From the NCBI GenBank assembly GCA_002269645.1, contig NIVC01000856.1, forward strand, positions 186,001 through 250,000: a stretch of DNA of 64,000 nucleotides, read 5' to 3'. Origin of the DNA: Macrostomum lignano (taxonomy: Eukaryota). Shown piece after piece: positions 50,631-61,700 of this stretch (the stretch's first letter is position 1; each line of letters begins with the position of its first letter). The position numbers and the translations under genes were made by a program. Under the pieces are notes generated by a model that worked only from the letters and a program-made list of their open reading frames with translations, was not told the DNA's origin and made no database searches.

Positions 50631-51209
50631 AAGGGTATCAGTGCAGTAAGACCAGCTAATATCAAACAAGGGCAGTAGTCACTTGTGAAAATTTTGTTGA
50701 ACACGGTAGGGGTTCAACGTACTGGCAGAGGGTATTTGATATTTGATAAAGTCATTTAAGCAATTTGAGCACTTTTTGGAGCACGATTAACCTCGAGAGA
50801 GAGAGCGCAGTCGCATTTTTAGTAAATTGAGCTGATAAAACTCAAACAAAAATGTTTTGCAAGCCCTAGAATAGACTGGATTTGCGGATAGATAAAACTG
50901 GTGAGCTTATAAAGTAGCCCGAGCTTTTAAAATCAAGCCATATTTCGAAATAAAGACTCCGGTTTGGCGATAAAAGAGCTAAGCTGTGTTGGCTATCTCA
51001 CTTGATTTTTGTATCATTTCTGCTGTACCGACTAATTATTTAACTATAATCGATTTGTTATATCGAGATAAAGAGTATTTTTATAACAAATAAAATAGTT
51101 CGTATAACCAATAGGTACAAACTTTTTCAAGCTTGACTTACTGACTGCATTTGAGGCAATTCTGTCCATTTCGCTGGCTCCTGAGTACACGCAAGAGTGC
51201 CAATGCTGG

Positions 51210-51760
51210 GCTGGCGCCCCTGGGTGCTGGCGCCCCTGGGTGCTGGCGCCCCTGGGTGCTGGCGCCCCTGGGTGCTAAAGCCCCTGGTGCTAAAGCCTCT
51301 GATGCTAAAGCCTCTGGTGCTAAAGCCTCTGGTGCTAAAGCCCCTGGTGCTAAAGCCCCTGGTGCTAAAGCCCCTGGTGCTAAAGCCCCTGGTGCTAAAG
51401 CCCCTGGTGCTAAAGCCCCTGGAGCTAAAGCCCCTGGTGCTAAAGCCCCTGGTGCTAAAGCCCCTGGTGCTAAAGCCCCTGGTGCTAAAGCCTCTGATGC
51501 TAAAGCCTCTGGTGCTAAAGCCTCTGGTGCTAAAGCCCCTGGTGCTAAAGCCCCTGGTGCTAAAGCCCCTGGTGCTAAAGCCCCTGGTGCTAAAGCCCCT
51601 GGTGCTAAAGCCCCTGGTGCTAAAGCCCCTGGTGCTAAAGCCTCTGGTGCTAAAGCCCCTGGTGCTAAAGCCCCTGGTGCTAAAGCCCCTGGTGCTAAAG
51701 CCCCTGGTGCTAAAGCCTCTGGTGCTAAAGCCCCTGGTGCTAAAGCCCCTGGTGCTAAAG
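51210..51760. repeat. 15-bp minisatellite (copy 1)
   Basis: Unit GCTAAAGCCCCTGGT. Confidence 0.96.
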
Positions 51761-51952
51761 GCGATTCCGCTGACTGCTGAGTACACACAAGCGCGCCAAT
51801 ACTGTACGCAGGCACTCATCACACGCTCACAAAGGGTGTACAGCGGCCCTGGCTTTCTAATTGTCAAGTAGGTACAATCTGTTTCTTGGAGGTTGACTGT
51901 TTCGTGTAATCAATTTTTGAGTTGAATTGGTTCGTCACAGTTCATTCCGCTG

Positions 51953-54900
51953 TCACATCTTCCTGGAGGCGGTTGCGCCAACTCTGCGTTTCAACGGTGG
52001 CGTCACGTTCTCGTAGCCATCTGGAGAGCTGCTCAGCACCGCCGCCGCCTCCGCCTCCTCCGATGCAGCCGCCGCCGCCTCCGCCTCCTCCGATGCAGCC
52101 GCCGCCGCCTCCGCCTCCTCCGATGCAGCCGCCGCCGCCTCCGCCTCCTCCGATGCAGCCGCCGCCGCCTCCGCCTCCTCCGATGCAGCCGCCGCCGCCT
52201 CCGCCGCCGCCGCGGCCGCTGCCACAATCAGCTCGGCTGATGCGTCATCCGCTTCGCTGTCTGCGACCTTGGAGGGGGGGGATTAAATATACAGACAGTT
52301 ACAGATAAGCATAATCATTAAATATAGTCACAGACAGTTGCCGACAAGATGCTCGCACAGACGGCCTTCCATTTCTGCTGTTCATAAGACACACCGGCAG
52401 ACAAATATTGCACAGAACAGTTGCTACTGGCAGCAACAGTCAATATAGTTGTATAAGAAATATGCGTAGACAGACTACTTTAAGTAGCAAACGCAGCATA
52501 ATTTCAACGGGTCGCCATTATAAACCCGAAATATCACAATTCTGAAAAGCACCTTCCATCAATATCTCGAAAAATCATGAACACGAAATATCACAAACCT
52601 GAAATATCACGAACCCGAAATATCACGAACCCGAAATATCACAAACCCGAAATATCACGAACCCGAAATATCACAAGCCCGAAATATCACAAACCTGAAA
52701 TATCACGAACCCGAAATATCACGAACCCGAAATATCACAAACCTGAAATATCACAAACCCGAAATATCACAAGCCTGAAATATCACGAACCCGAAATATC
52801 ACAAACCCGAAATATCACGAACCCGAAATATCCCGAACCCGAAATATCACGAACCCGAAATATCACAAACCCGAAATATCACAAACCCGAAATATCACAA
52901 ACCCGAAATATCACAAACCCGAAATATCACGAACCCGAAATATCACAAACCCGAAATATCACGAACCCGAAATATCCCGAACCCGAAATATCACGAACCC
53001 GAAATATCACAAACCCGAAATATCACAAACCCGAAATATCACAAACCCGAAATATCACAAACCTGAAATATCACGAACCCGAAATATCACAAGAGAGTTC
53101 AGTAACTCGCACTGCCCGACGAACTTGAAGCGCGCTTCGCCAACGCAAATCCCAATAGTTGGAATTGCAAGCCCCGATCCCTATAGATCAGTATTTATCC
53201 CCTAAATAATTGCTCAGCCACTGTAGAGCAGTTGATGATCCCAGAGCTCTACTGGATTATTGCTTTTGCAGCTTCCGTTTCTGCTTCAAGCAATAGAAGA
53301 TAATTGCCGTCCAAAAAAAGTCAAAACGCTGTTGGTGCTGCGGCACGCTCGCTTGCGACATCTGCCTGTTTTGGCGGTGGCGGTGGCGGGGTGGGGAAGA
53401 GAACCATGGATGGACCATTCGAGATGAAGCTTTGAGAGAGACTGCGTGATGGAACAGATCGATACAAGCAATTGTAGTGAGCTTGTGCCTTGTTAGCCCC
53501 AGTTTGTGCGCGCATGAGAGCGAAAGAGAGTGGAGGCTGAGCTGCAATGATGTAGCAGCTCGAGTCTGCAGAGGATTCTGCATGGATTGATATGAAGCAA
53601 GAACACACTTCTTCTGTTGCTTCTGTTATATTATTCTGCGTGTCCGAAAATCGGTGCAAAACTTTTGTGCAAAAACGATGCTCCGAATGAAGTGCAACAG
53701 TGGGAGCTCTCACTTCAGGAGCATTGATGGCGGGGCGCCAACATTGTGTGAATCCATATTGCAATACATTTTTTCTTAGTAAATATCAGCACAGAACTTT
53801 ATAGCCTCAATTGAGCTGGGCACAGGCACCAAAGTCTGAAAGCGCAATTAGCTCATTTTGGGCACTGGTAAAAGTATATGGAGCCCCTGGTGCTGGCGCC
53901 CCTCGTGCTGAAGCCCCTGGTGCTGGCGCCCCTGGTGCTGAAGCCCCTGGTGCTAAAGCCCCTGGTGCTAAAGCCCCTGGTGCTAAAGCCCCTGGTGCTA
54001 AAGCCCCTGGTGCTAAAGCCCCTGGTGCTGGCACCCCTGGTGCTAAATCCCCTGGTGCTGGCACCCCTGGTGCTAAATCCCCTGGTGCTATAGCCCCTGG
54101 TGCTAAATCCCCTGGTGCTAAATCCCCTGGTGCTAAAGCCCCTGGTGCTAAATCCCCTGGTGCTAAAGCCCCTGGTGCTAAATCCCCTGGTGCTAAATCC
54201 CCTGTTGCTAAAGCCCCTGGTGCTGGCACCCCTAGGGATAAAGCCCCTGTTGCTAAAGCCCCTGGTGCTGGCACCCCTGGTGCTGGCACCCCTGGTGCTG
54301 GCACCCCTGGTGCTGGCACCCCTGGTGCTGGCACCCCTGGTGCTGGCACCCCTGGTGCTGGCACCCCTGGTGCTGGCACCCCTGGTGCTGGCACCCCTGG
54401 TGCTAAATCCCCTGGTGCTAAAGCCCCTGGTGCTAAAGCCCCTGGTGCTAAAGCCCCTGGTGCTAAAGCCCCTGGTGCTAAAGCCCCTGTTGCTAAAGCG
54501 CCTGTTGCTAAAGCCCCTGGTGCTAAAGCCTCTGTTGCTAAAGCCCCTGGTGCTAAAGCCTCTGTTGCTAAAGCCCCTGGTGCTAAAGCCCTTGGTGCTA
54601 CGATAGACAAACCCGATAAAAACACATTGACTAAATTTGGTACATTTACCTTGTCTTTTCTAATTGCTCCTACTGGAAGTGAAAATCGAGAGCGGTATTT
54701 GAGAGTCTAAGGTATTGTAATGCATTCACAAAGTCTGCTGTAAATAGCTATAGACGGCTATAGATTATGCCTTGTAATTTAATAAATCCTGCCGATATGT
54801 AGCGAGGAAAACTTTATAAAGCTAAAATATAAATGTGGCACGAGCGAAAAAAGAGGACAGAGGCTGGTAGCTTTAATCCGATTTGCCAACCTCAATGTGG

Positions 54901-57797
54901 TGAATGGCGGTGAGCAGCAGGTGCCCGAACTCGTTCGCCACCACCGACTTCCAGGCGTCGCGAAATGCGCTCAGGCAGGCCATGGCGACGCGCGATTCCG
55001 GGGCTAGAAGGTCGTGAGCTCGAGCCGCGACTAGCAGCATGCTGCCCAGTGCCTGCAAGTGGTTGGGAATCAAATTGTGATGATGGGAGGAGGCGGAAAA
55101 TTAATAAGCAGTTTAGAACTCAGATTAGGAATTCAAAAGGATTGGATGTTTGGGATGGGATATTTGAGATGGGATATTTGAGATGGGATATTTGAGATGT
55201 GATATTTGAGATGGGATATTTGAGATGGGATATTTGAGATGGGAAATTTGAGATGGGATATTTGAGATGGGATATTTGAGATGGGATATTTGAGATGGGA
55301 TATTTGAGATGTGATATTTGAGATGGGATATTTGAGATGGGATATTTGAGATGGGAAATTTGAGATGGGATATTTGAGATGGGATATTTGAGATGGGATA
55401 TTTGAGATGGGATATTTAAGATGGGATATTTGAGATGGGATATTTGAGATGGGATATTTGAGATGGGATATTTGAGATGGGATATTTGAGATGGGATATG
55501 TTGGGATCAGACTGTAGAGGAAAGCCGTGACGGGCCAGCACCTGCAGGTGATACTCCAGCCAGTCAGCGCCCGCAGTCCAGCAATCGTCTCCGGTCGGCA
55601 GTCGAGCCGCGACGCCGCTCGCCGCTACGCAGGCGCGCCAGGCGCTTTCCAGCCGGCGCCATCGATAATTGGCGCCAGTCGGCGGCGCGTCAGCAGCTTC
55701 ATCGGCCTCGGCGATGAGGCCCGTCTGGCCGGCCAGCCGGAGAAGCTCCTCAGCGCTCGGCGGCAGCTGCTGTCGGCGGAGTCGGCGCAGGCGGGACAGC
55801 ACGCAGTCGGGCTGGGCGGCAGCGGACAGGCCGTCCAGGCAGTGTCGGGTGTGCGCGAAGGCCTCCTCGCGTAGGCGCTGGGCGCAGCGGCTCTCCGGAT
55901 GCCGCAGGTGCAGCTTGCTGGCCGCCAGCAGCAGCGGCAGCGCCTTCTCCAGACTCGACCGGGTGAGCGCCAGACGACAGCGGGCCGGCTCCGACCTCAG
56001 GTCGGCCTGGCGCTCACCGGACAGGCGGCCGAGCTGCACCAGGTGCTCGCCAAGGCTGGCAAAGGCCGGCATGAAGTCGGCGAATCTGATGGTGTGTAAC
56101 GTGGCGCAGTGATCAGATTTTGGTTGCAATGGTGTCCACAGCAGAAAGGGGGCCGTAGCCCAGCGGTAGCGCAGCTGCTCTGGTGTGCCAGCGACCCAGG
56201 CTCGATTCCAAGTGCAGTCACATTAATTTGAGGCTAAATTGGAAGCTCGGCTTGGCTCTACTGAGCTGTTCGTGGCCGGCACTGACACCACCTCCAACAC
56301 CATCCGCTGGGCGCTGCTGTACGCCTGTCTCTACCCGGAGTGCCAGGCTCGAGTCCAGGCCGAGATTGACGCCCAGATCGGCCGCAATCGCCTGCCGGAG
56401 CAAGTGTAGGCAAGTGTACATGCCAGTGTAAGTGTAGGCAAGTGTAAGTGCAGGCAAGTGTACATGCCTGCCTAACGACAAAATAAAGTCAGGGCCGCTG
56501 TGCACTCCTGTGTGTGCCTGTGCGCATGACTGCGTACGTATCCGAGCGCTTGTGTTCCTGCTCAGGAAAGTCGGCGGAATGTGACAATGTCGCTTAAATT
56601 AATAGAATCAGCTGACAATTTACACAGCAGGATGCTCTGAGCTGAGCCGGTTCTCTAAAATCTCCAGAGAGCCTCCTTCCCCTGTACCTGGTGCAGTCCT
56701 CCAGGCACTCCAGGCAGGCCGTCGCTCGCTCCCCGCAGGCCAGCAGCTGCTGCAGGTTCAAACGGTCCGCCAGCGCCATCGTCCGCGTCATCGCTTCGAC
56801 CAGACGACGCGCGGCGAGTCGAACCGCGTCGCCGTCTGTAGCGAACTTGGGCGACAGCACGGTGGTTGTCATTGTCAGACGAGCCACGGCTCGACCGGCG
56901 GCGGCCGCGTCGCTACACGCAGCGTCGATGGCCTCGGCTAGTCGAGGAGGCGACTCGACGGCAACGCGCCGGCCAGCTGTGGCGAACTGGTCTGCGGCGC
57001 GGGCCACCCAGGCCCCGGTGTCGGCCAACAGCTGCGCTGTGGATTCGGCGGGCGGCGCCGAGGAAGAGCGCAGGCTGATCTCATCGTCACCGCCTGAGCG
57101 GCGCTTCCGGAACTTGAACAGGTTCTGCAGCTGCGGGCAGGTGAGTGTTGCTGTTGGTTGGTGTTGGTATTGGTGCCGAGGTTGCTAGTGCCGCGGGTGT
57201 TGGTGCACGGGGTGTTGGTGCATCGGGTGTTGGTGTATGGGGTTTTGTGCATGGAGTGTTGGTGCACGGGGTGTTAGTGTATGGGGTGTTGTTGTATAGG
57301 GTGTTGGTGTATGGGGTGTTGTTGTATAGGGTGTTGGTGTATGGGGTGTTGGTGTATGGGGTGTTGGTGTATGGGGTGTTGGTGCACGGGGTGTTGGTGT
57401 ATGGGGTGTTGGTGTATGGGGTGTTGATGTATGGGGTGTTGGTGCCGGGGCTGTTGTTGTATGGGGTGTTGGTGCATGGGTGTTGATTCATGGCGTGTTG
57501 CATTTGGTGCTGGGTGTGCGGGGTGTTGGTGCCCAGATTTAATTAAATCTCAACTATTTTGTTTCAATAAAACTTAAACTTAAAACTGTTTCGATAAACA
57601 TGAATTTCTCTCACATGCTTTACCAAGGGAAGCAACGCATTTTCTACCGACTTAGTCTCTGTGGTGGCCAGCAGGGAAGAGATTTCATCAAGGCTGGCAG
57701 TGCTGCCAGTCGAACTTTCGGCCGGAAACTCGGATTGAATTTCTATTTTAGTTTGAATAAATCTACTAGGCGCTCTATTTGGAGAGTAATAGCTCAT
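51953..57797 (-). CDS. CTNNAL1: Alpha-catulin-like (vinculin/alpha-catenin family), apparently shortened; 3' exons uncertain
   Basis: Exons 57797-57615, 57130-56688, 56085-55542, 55052-54891, probable last exon 52267-51953; extra exon(s) at ~53100-53660 are possible. Motifs TKSVENALLPLVKH, AARRLVEAMTRTMALADRL, LSGERQADL, LEKALPLLLAASKLHLRHP, APESRVAMACLSAFRDAW match recalled alpha-catulin segments. Confidence 0.75.
52039..52197. repeat. 30-bp coding tandem repeat, 5 copies (AAAAASEEAE on the minus strand)
   Basis: Unit GCCGCCGCCGCCTCCGCCTCCTCCGATGCA. Confidence 0.9.
52578..53090. repeat. 14-bp minisatellite
   Basis: Unit ACCCGAAATATCAC-like. Confidence 0.93.
53881..54600. repeat. 15-bp minisatellite (copy 2, same family as 51210)
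   Basis: Units GCTAAAGCCCCTGGT / GCTGGCACCCCTGGT. Confidence 0.96.
55150..55498. repeat. 14-bp minisatellite
   Basis: Unit GAGATGGGATATTT. Confidence 0.96.
56149..56220 (+). mobile_element. tRNA-derived SINE-like head (Pol III A and B boxes)
   Basis: 72 nt starting GGGGCCGTAGCCCAGCGG; A-box-like TAGCCCAGCGG 56156-56166, B-box-like GGCTCGATTCC 56199-56209. Acceptor and anticodon stems are imperfect, so not a functional tRNA. Confidence 0.6.
56260..56402 (+). pseudogene. 143-bp inverted duplicate of part of the P450 I-helix exon (source 59995-60137)
   Basis: Read-through comparison gives 142/143 identity to the reverse complement of 59995-60137 (one C/T difference); encodes TELFVAGTDTTSNTIRWALLYACLYPECQARVQAEIDAQIGRNRLPE. 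Confidence 0.95.
57145..57530. repeat. 15-bp GT-rich minisatellite
   Basis: Unit GTGTTGGTGTATGGG. Confidence 0.92.
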
Positions 57798-58772
57798 TGC
57801 GTTTCTCCTAGGCGATTTAAAATGCAGGTTCAAAGCAGAACAGAGACTATATATTTGCATCCGATATTTTCCGGATTTCGATTTCACGCTTCTTGACTTT
57901 TAAACTAGTGTTAAAAATCGGCTAGAAGTAAAACAAAATAAAAGAAACGGCTGTTTGTATTTAAAAATAAATACAATAACTATAAGATTTTATTTATCTA
58001 ATATTATATTTCGCGAGCAGTCGAGTTTAATTACGAGTACCACATTTTCGTCATTTTTACCGATTTAAGTTTTACGATTCAAGCGGTCAGAATTAATAAA
58101 AAAAGTTATATATATTTGGGCTAGTTAAAGTGAGCCGTTTTGAGAACAAAATCAAATTTATTTTGAATTGAAATTAGAAACTTTATGATTTGAGAAAATG
58201 GTGGAATATCAATACACTGATTATACATTTAACTAAAAGAAGTAATTATTGAAAAAAATTGAATTATAGCATTGCTAGTGCATGCTAGTGCATTTCCGAT
58301 CAGGATTGGGCACTTTACGCTCGTATGTGCCATTTTGTCAGTTATTAAGCTTAGTCTCAAATCACGCCATTTTAAAGTAAAATACTCTTCCCATTTGCAC
58401 GAGACTTAACAGGAGTCACAGGACGAGTTTTACTTAGCTTTACTGAGTTTTACCAAAATTTTCATTCACTGAGCAATAACATATATGCTTTAAAATTCAT
58501 AAACTTTTTTGTACTAACTATGACGTATAATAACCGTTTTCATTCTACCAAACTACGCCACAGAAAACCTTGATACATTTTAGAGGCTGAAAAGTGAACC
58601 AATATGCATTTACATGCATACAATATCTTAGCCAAATCTTCATGTAATAAGCTAAAGACATCGTATACATACTATCACCCAGACACGATAAAAAAGCTCA
58701 TCTATTTTGTTTTACTTAACACGTTTCAAATGAAGTTTCTTCGAAACCAAAATTACGAGCCCTCCGTTCAGT

Positions 58773-61700
58773 TCAGCAGGAATCATCGGCGATTCTCTGC
58801 GGCTGCCTGGCCGAGAAAATGATCCGATGCGCGCCAGGCGCGTGCACGATGCCGTCGCTTCCAATTTTGATGTCCTCCAGATTCTTCACGCTGTCCGGGT
58901 GCAGCCGGGCGCTGTGCTGCTGGAGGATCCCGGCGATAAAGAGGAACAGCTCCTGGCGGGCCAGACTCTCGCCAAGGCAGGCTCGCTTACCGACGCCGAA
59001 TGGTACGAGGTGCTCGTTCGGTTGGTACTCGCCCGTGTCGACTGCCAGGAATCGTTCGGGCTGGAAAGCTTCCGGACTGGACCAGAGCTCCGGGTCGTGG
59101 TGGATGCCGTATAGGTTGGTCATGATCAGATCGTCCGAAGAGATGTCGTAGCCCTGGAGTCAAAGCGAATTAACGGCTTTTGGCTTTTTGAAGGTGCTTC
59201 GGCAAGTGGTGTTGGCACTGGGTTTTCTGGTCTTTGTATTGGATTTCATGTTGAGGCTTGGGTGTTTGGGCTGGTGTATTGGGGCTGGGGTGTTGAGGCT
59301 GGGGTGTTGAGGCTGGGGTGTTGGGGCTGGGGTGTTGAGGCTGGGGTGTTGGGGCTGGTGTATTGGGGCTGGGGTGTTGAGGCTGGAGTGTTGAGGCTGG
59401 GGTGTTGGGGCTGGGGTGTTGGGGCTGGGGTGTTGAGGCTGGGGTGTTGGGGCTGGGGTGTTGGGGCTGGGGTGTTGGGGGCTGTGGTTTAGAGGCTGGG
59501 ATGTTGGGGCTGGGGTGTTGGGGCTGGGGTGTTGAGGCTGGGGTGTTGGGGCTGGGGTGTGGGGGGCTGTGGTTTAGAGGCTGGGATGTTGGGGCTGGGG
59601 TGTTGAGGCTGGGGTGTTGGGGCTGGGGTGTTGGGCTGGGGTGTTGGGGCTGGGGTGTTGGGGCTGGGGTGTTGGGGCTGTAGTGTTGGGGCTGGAGTAT
59701 GGGTTGTGGTGTTTTGAGACTAAGTAGTTAATGCTTTGGGTGTTGGGGCTGGGTAATTAGTGACTAGGCTGTTGATGCTGAGGTTTCAGCGTTTTGCGGT
59801 GTAGGTACGTGGGTTGCTAGAGCCTGACTATTTCGGCGGTACCATTCAGCCATCGATTCACCATCGTGCAAAAGCTCACCATAAACTCAACATCGCGGGT
59901 GCACCTGTGTAAAACAGCAAACGGCGCCAGAGTGGCAAATCGTTGAACCTCGTCAATAAACGCCAGCGTGTAGGGCATCCGTTTGCGGTCCCGGTGCTCC
60001 GGCAGGCGATTGCGGCCAATCTGGGCGTCAATCTCGGCCTGGACTCGAGCCTGGCACTCCGGGTAGAGACAGGCGTACAGCAGCGCCCAGCGGATGGTGT
60101 TGGAGGTGGTGTCAGTGCCGGCCACGAACAGCTCAGTCAAGGTGCGCTTCAGTTGGAAGTCGTCGAATGTGTGGTCCTAAGGATTGTCATGAATGTGTTA
60201 TTGTAACTTGAGTTGAGTGCACTATTCTACGCCGGGCCAGTCTGGCCGGCATCTCCCCCCCCCCTCCTCAGATATTTTCTGACTCACCCCCTTCACTTCT
60301 GCGCGTGCGTACCCTCCCCCCTCTCTGCCTAGGCCTTGTCTGTTGTTCAACCCCCATTCTCTGCGTGCGACCCCCCCATTCTTTGCGTGCGACCCCGCCC
60401 CATTCTTTTGTTAGCTTTGCTGCCCCGCCCCTGTTTGTGATTGGTTGCCAGTCCCAGTCTGCCGTGCTGCGCCCCGGCGATTGGCTGGTACGGCTCATGT
60501 TTTTCCTATGCTGATTTCTAAGCCCCCTTTTCTGCCTTTATCCCGCGCCCTCAACCCCCAGTTTGCTGCCTATTTATTCGGACCCCCTTGAGACCCCATT
60601 CTCGTCATCTTCGTGGCTCTCCGGTGATTTTGCTAGCGTTGGTTGCTATTAAGTGTCCGAATTGCCCTACAAATACAATTAAAATATCGATACTCCCACT
60701 GCTCTGTCGGCGCTGTTCCCGAGTTGTACGACTGAAATCGCGGCTGGTAAGCCTTCCAATTTGCAAGTCATTTGGGTCTGCATCTGTACTAGGCACCTTA
60801 GAGGGATTAAGTGCGTCGTACGCCGGTCCCACCCCAAGCAGCTCTGCGTCGTACGCGAGTCTGTAGGCTGTCGTGCGTCGTACGCTCGAGCAGCCTAGTC
60901 CCGACGGACACCGCGTCGTACGCGTGTCAGTGGAGGACCGCAGCCGGGGTCAGTACGCGAACCCGGGTCTGGGAAAGGGGCACGAAAGGACCGAGCCCTT
61001 GAGCCCCATCACAACAGGATGGAGAACATCACATCGTCGCGTTATTGTCCATAGGCGTAGGAACGTTTCAAAAAGTGGGGGGGGGGCAGGTTCAGTGCCG
61101 GATTTAGGGGGAGGGGGGCGCACAAGGTCGAGTTAGATTTTTCTATTTCTTTATATTGAAAATGCACATTTATCATGTACCAATTATTTTTAGAATCAAT
61201 GTTGTCACCACTCATTTTAGCGCCGCAGGCACTCATTTTAGCGCCGCAGACACTCATTTTAGCGCCGCAGACACTCATTTTAGCGCCGCAGACACTCATT
61301 TTAGCGCCGCAGACACTCATTTTAGCGCCGCAGACACTCATTTTAGCGCCGCAGACACTCATTTTAGCGCCGCAGACACTCATTTTAGCGCCGCAGGCGC
61401 TATGTTTTGTCGCTCTGCAGCAAAATGCATTCATGCAAAGCAGCAAAAATAAAAAATAAGAGTAAAAAATGAGCTAAAAGTCTACATTTTGCATTTAAAA
61501 TGTGAAGGGGCCAGATACCATTACTGCCCCCCCGTTCCTACGCCTATGTTATTTTCATCCGTCAACCGCGCCATTCACAACTGGCTGAGCCACAAACACC
61601 AGCTGCACTGGAACAGCTGCTTCGAATATCGGCAAACGCAAGCTGCGATGCCTGCTATGAACCGGAAATTTCATATAATACCTGATTTCTTTAAACAAAA

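Noticed and set aside
53257-53764. Overlapping ORFs as catulin exons
   Set aside because: No recognisable vinculin-family motif and several competing frames; left unresolved without transcript data.
56149-56220. Functional tRNA gene
   Set aside because: Acceptor and anticodon stems do not pair properly; treated as a SINE-like head.
60240-60290. HDV-like ribozyme (GGCCGGCAT...CCTCCTC resemblance)
   Set aside because: No downstream P1 complement or pseudoknot partner is visible.
60813-60923. CRISPR-like repeat-spacer look of the GCGTCGTACGC motif
   Set aside because: The repeat is only 11 bp, the spacers are self-complementary around it, the context is eukaryotic and no cas genes are present; reported as a hairpin array instead.
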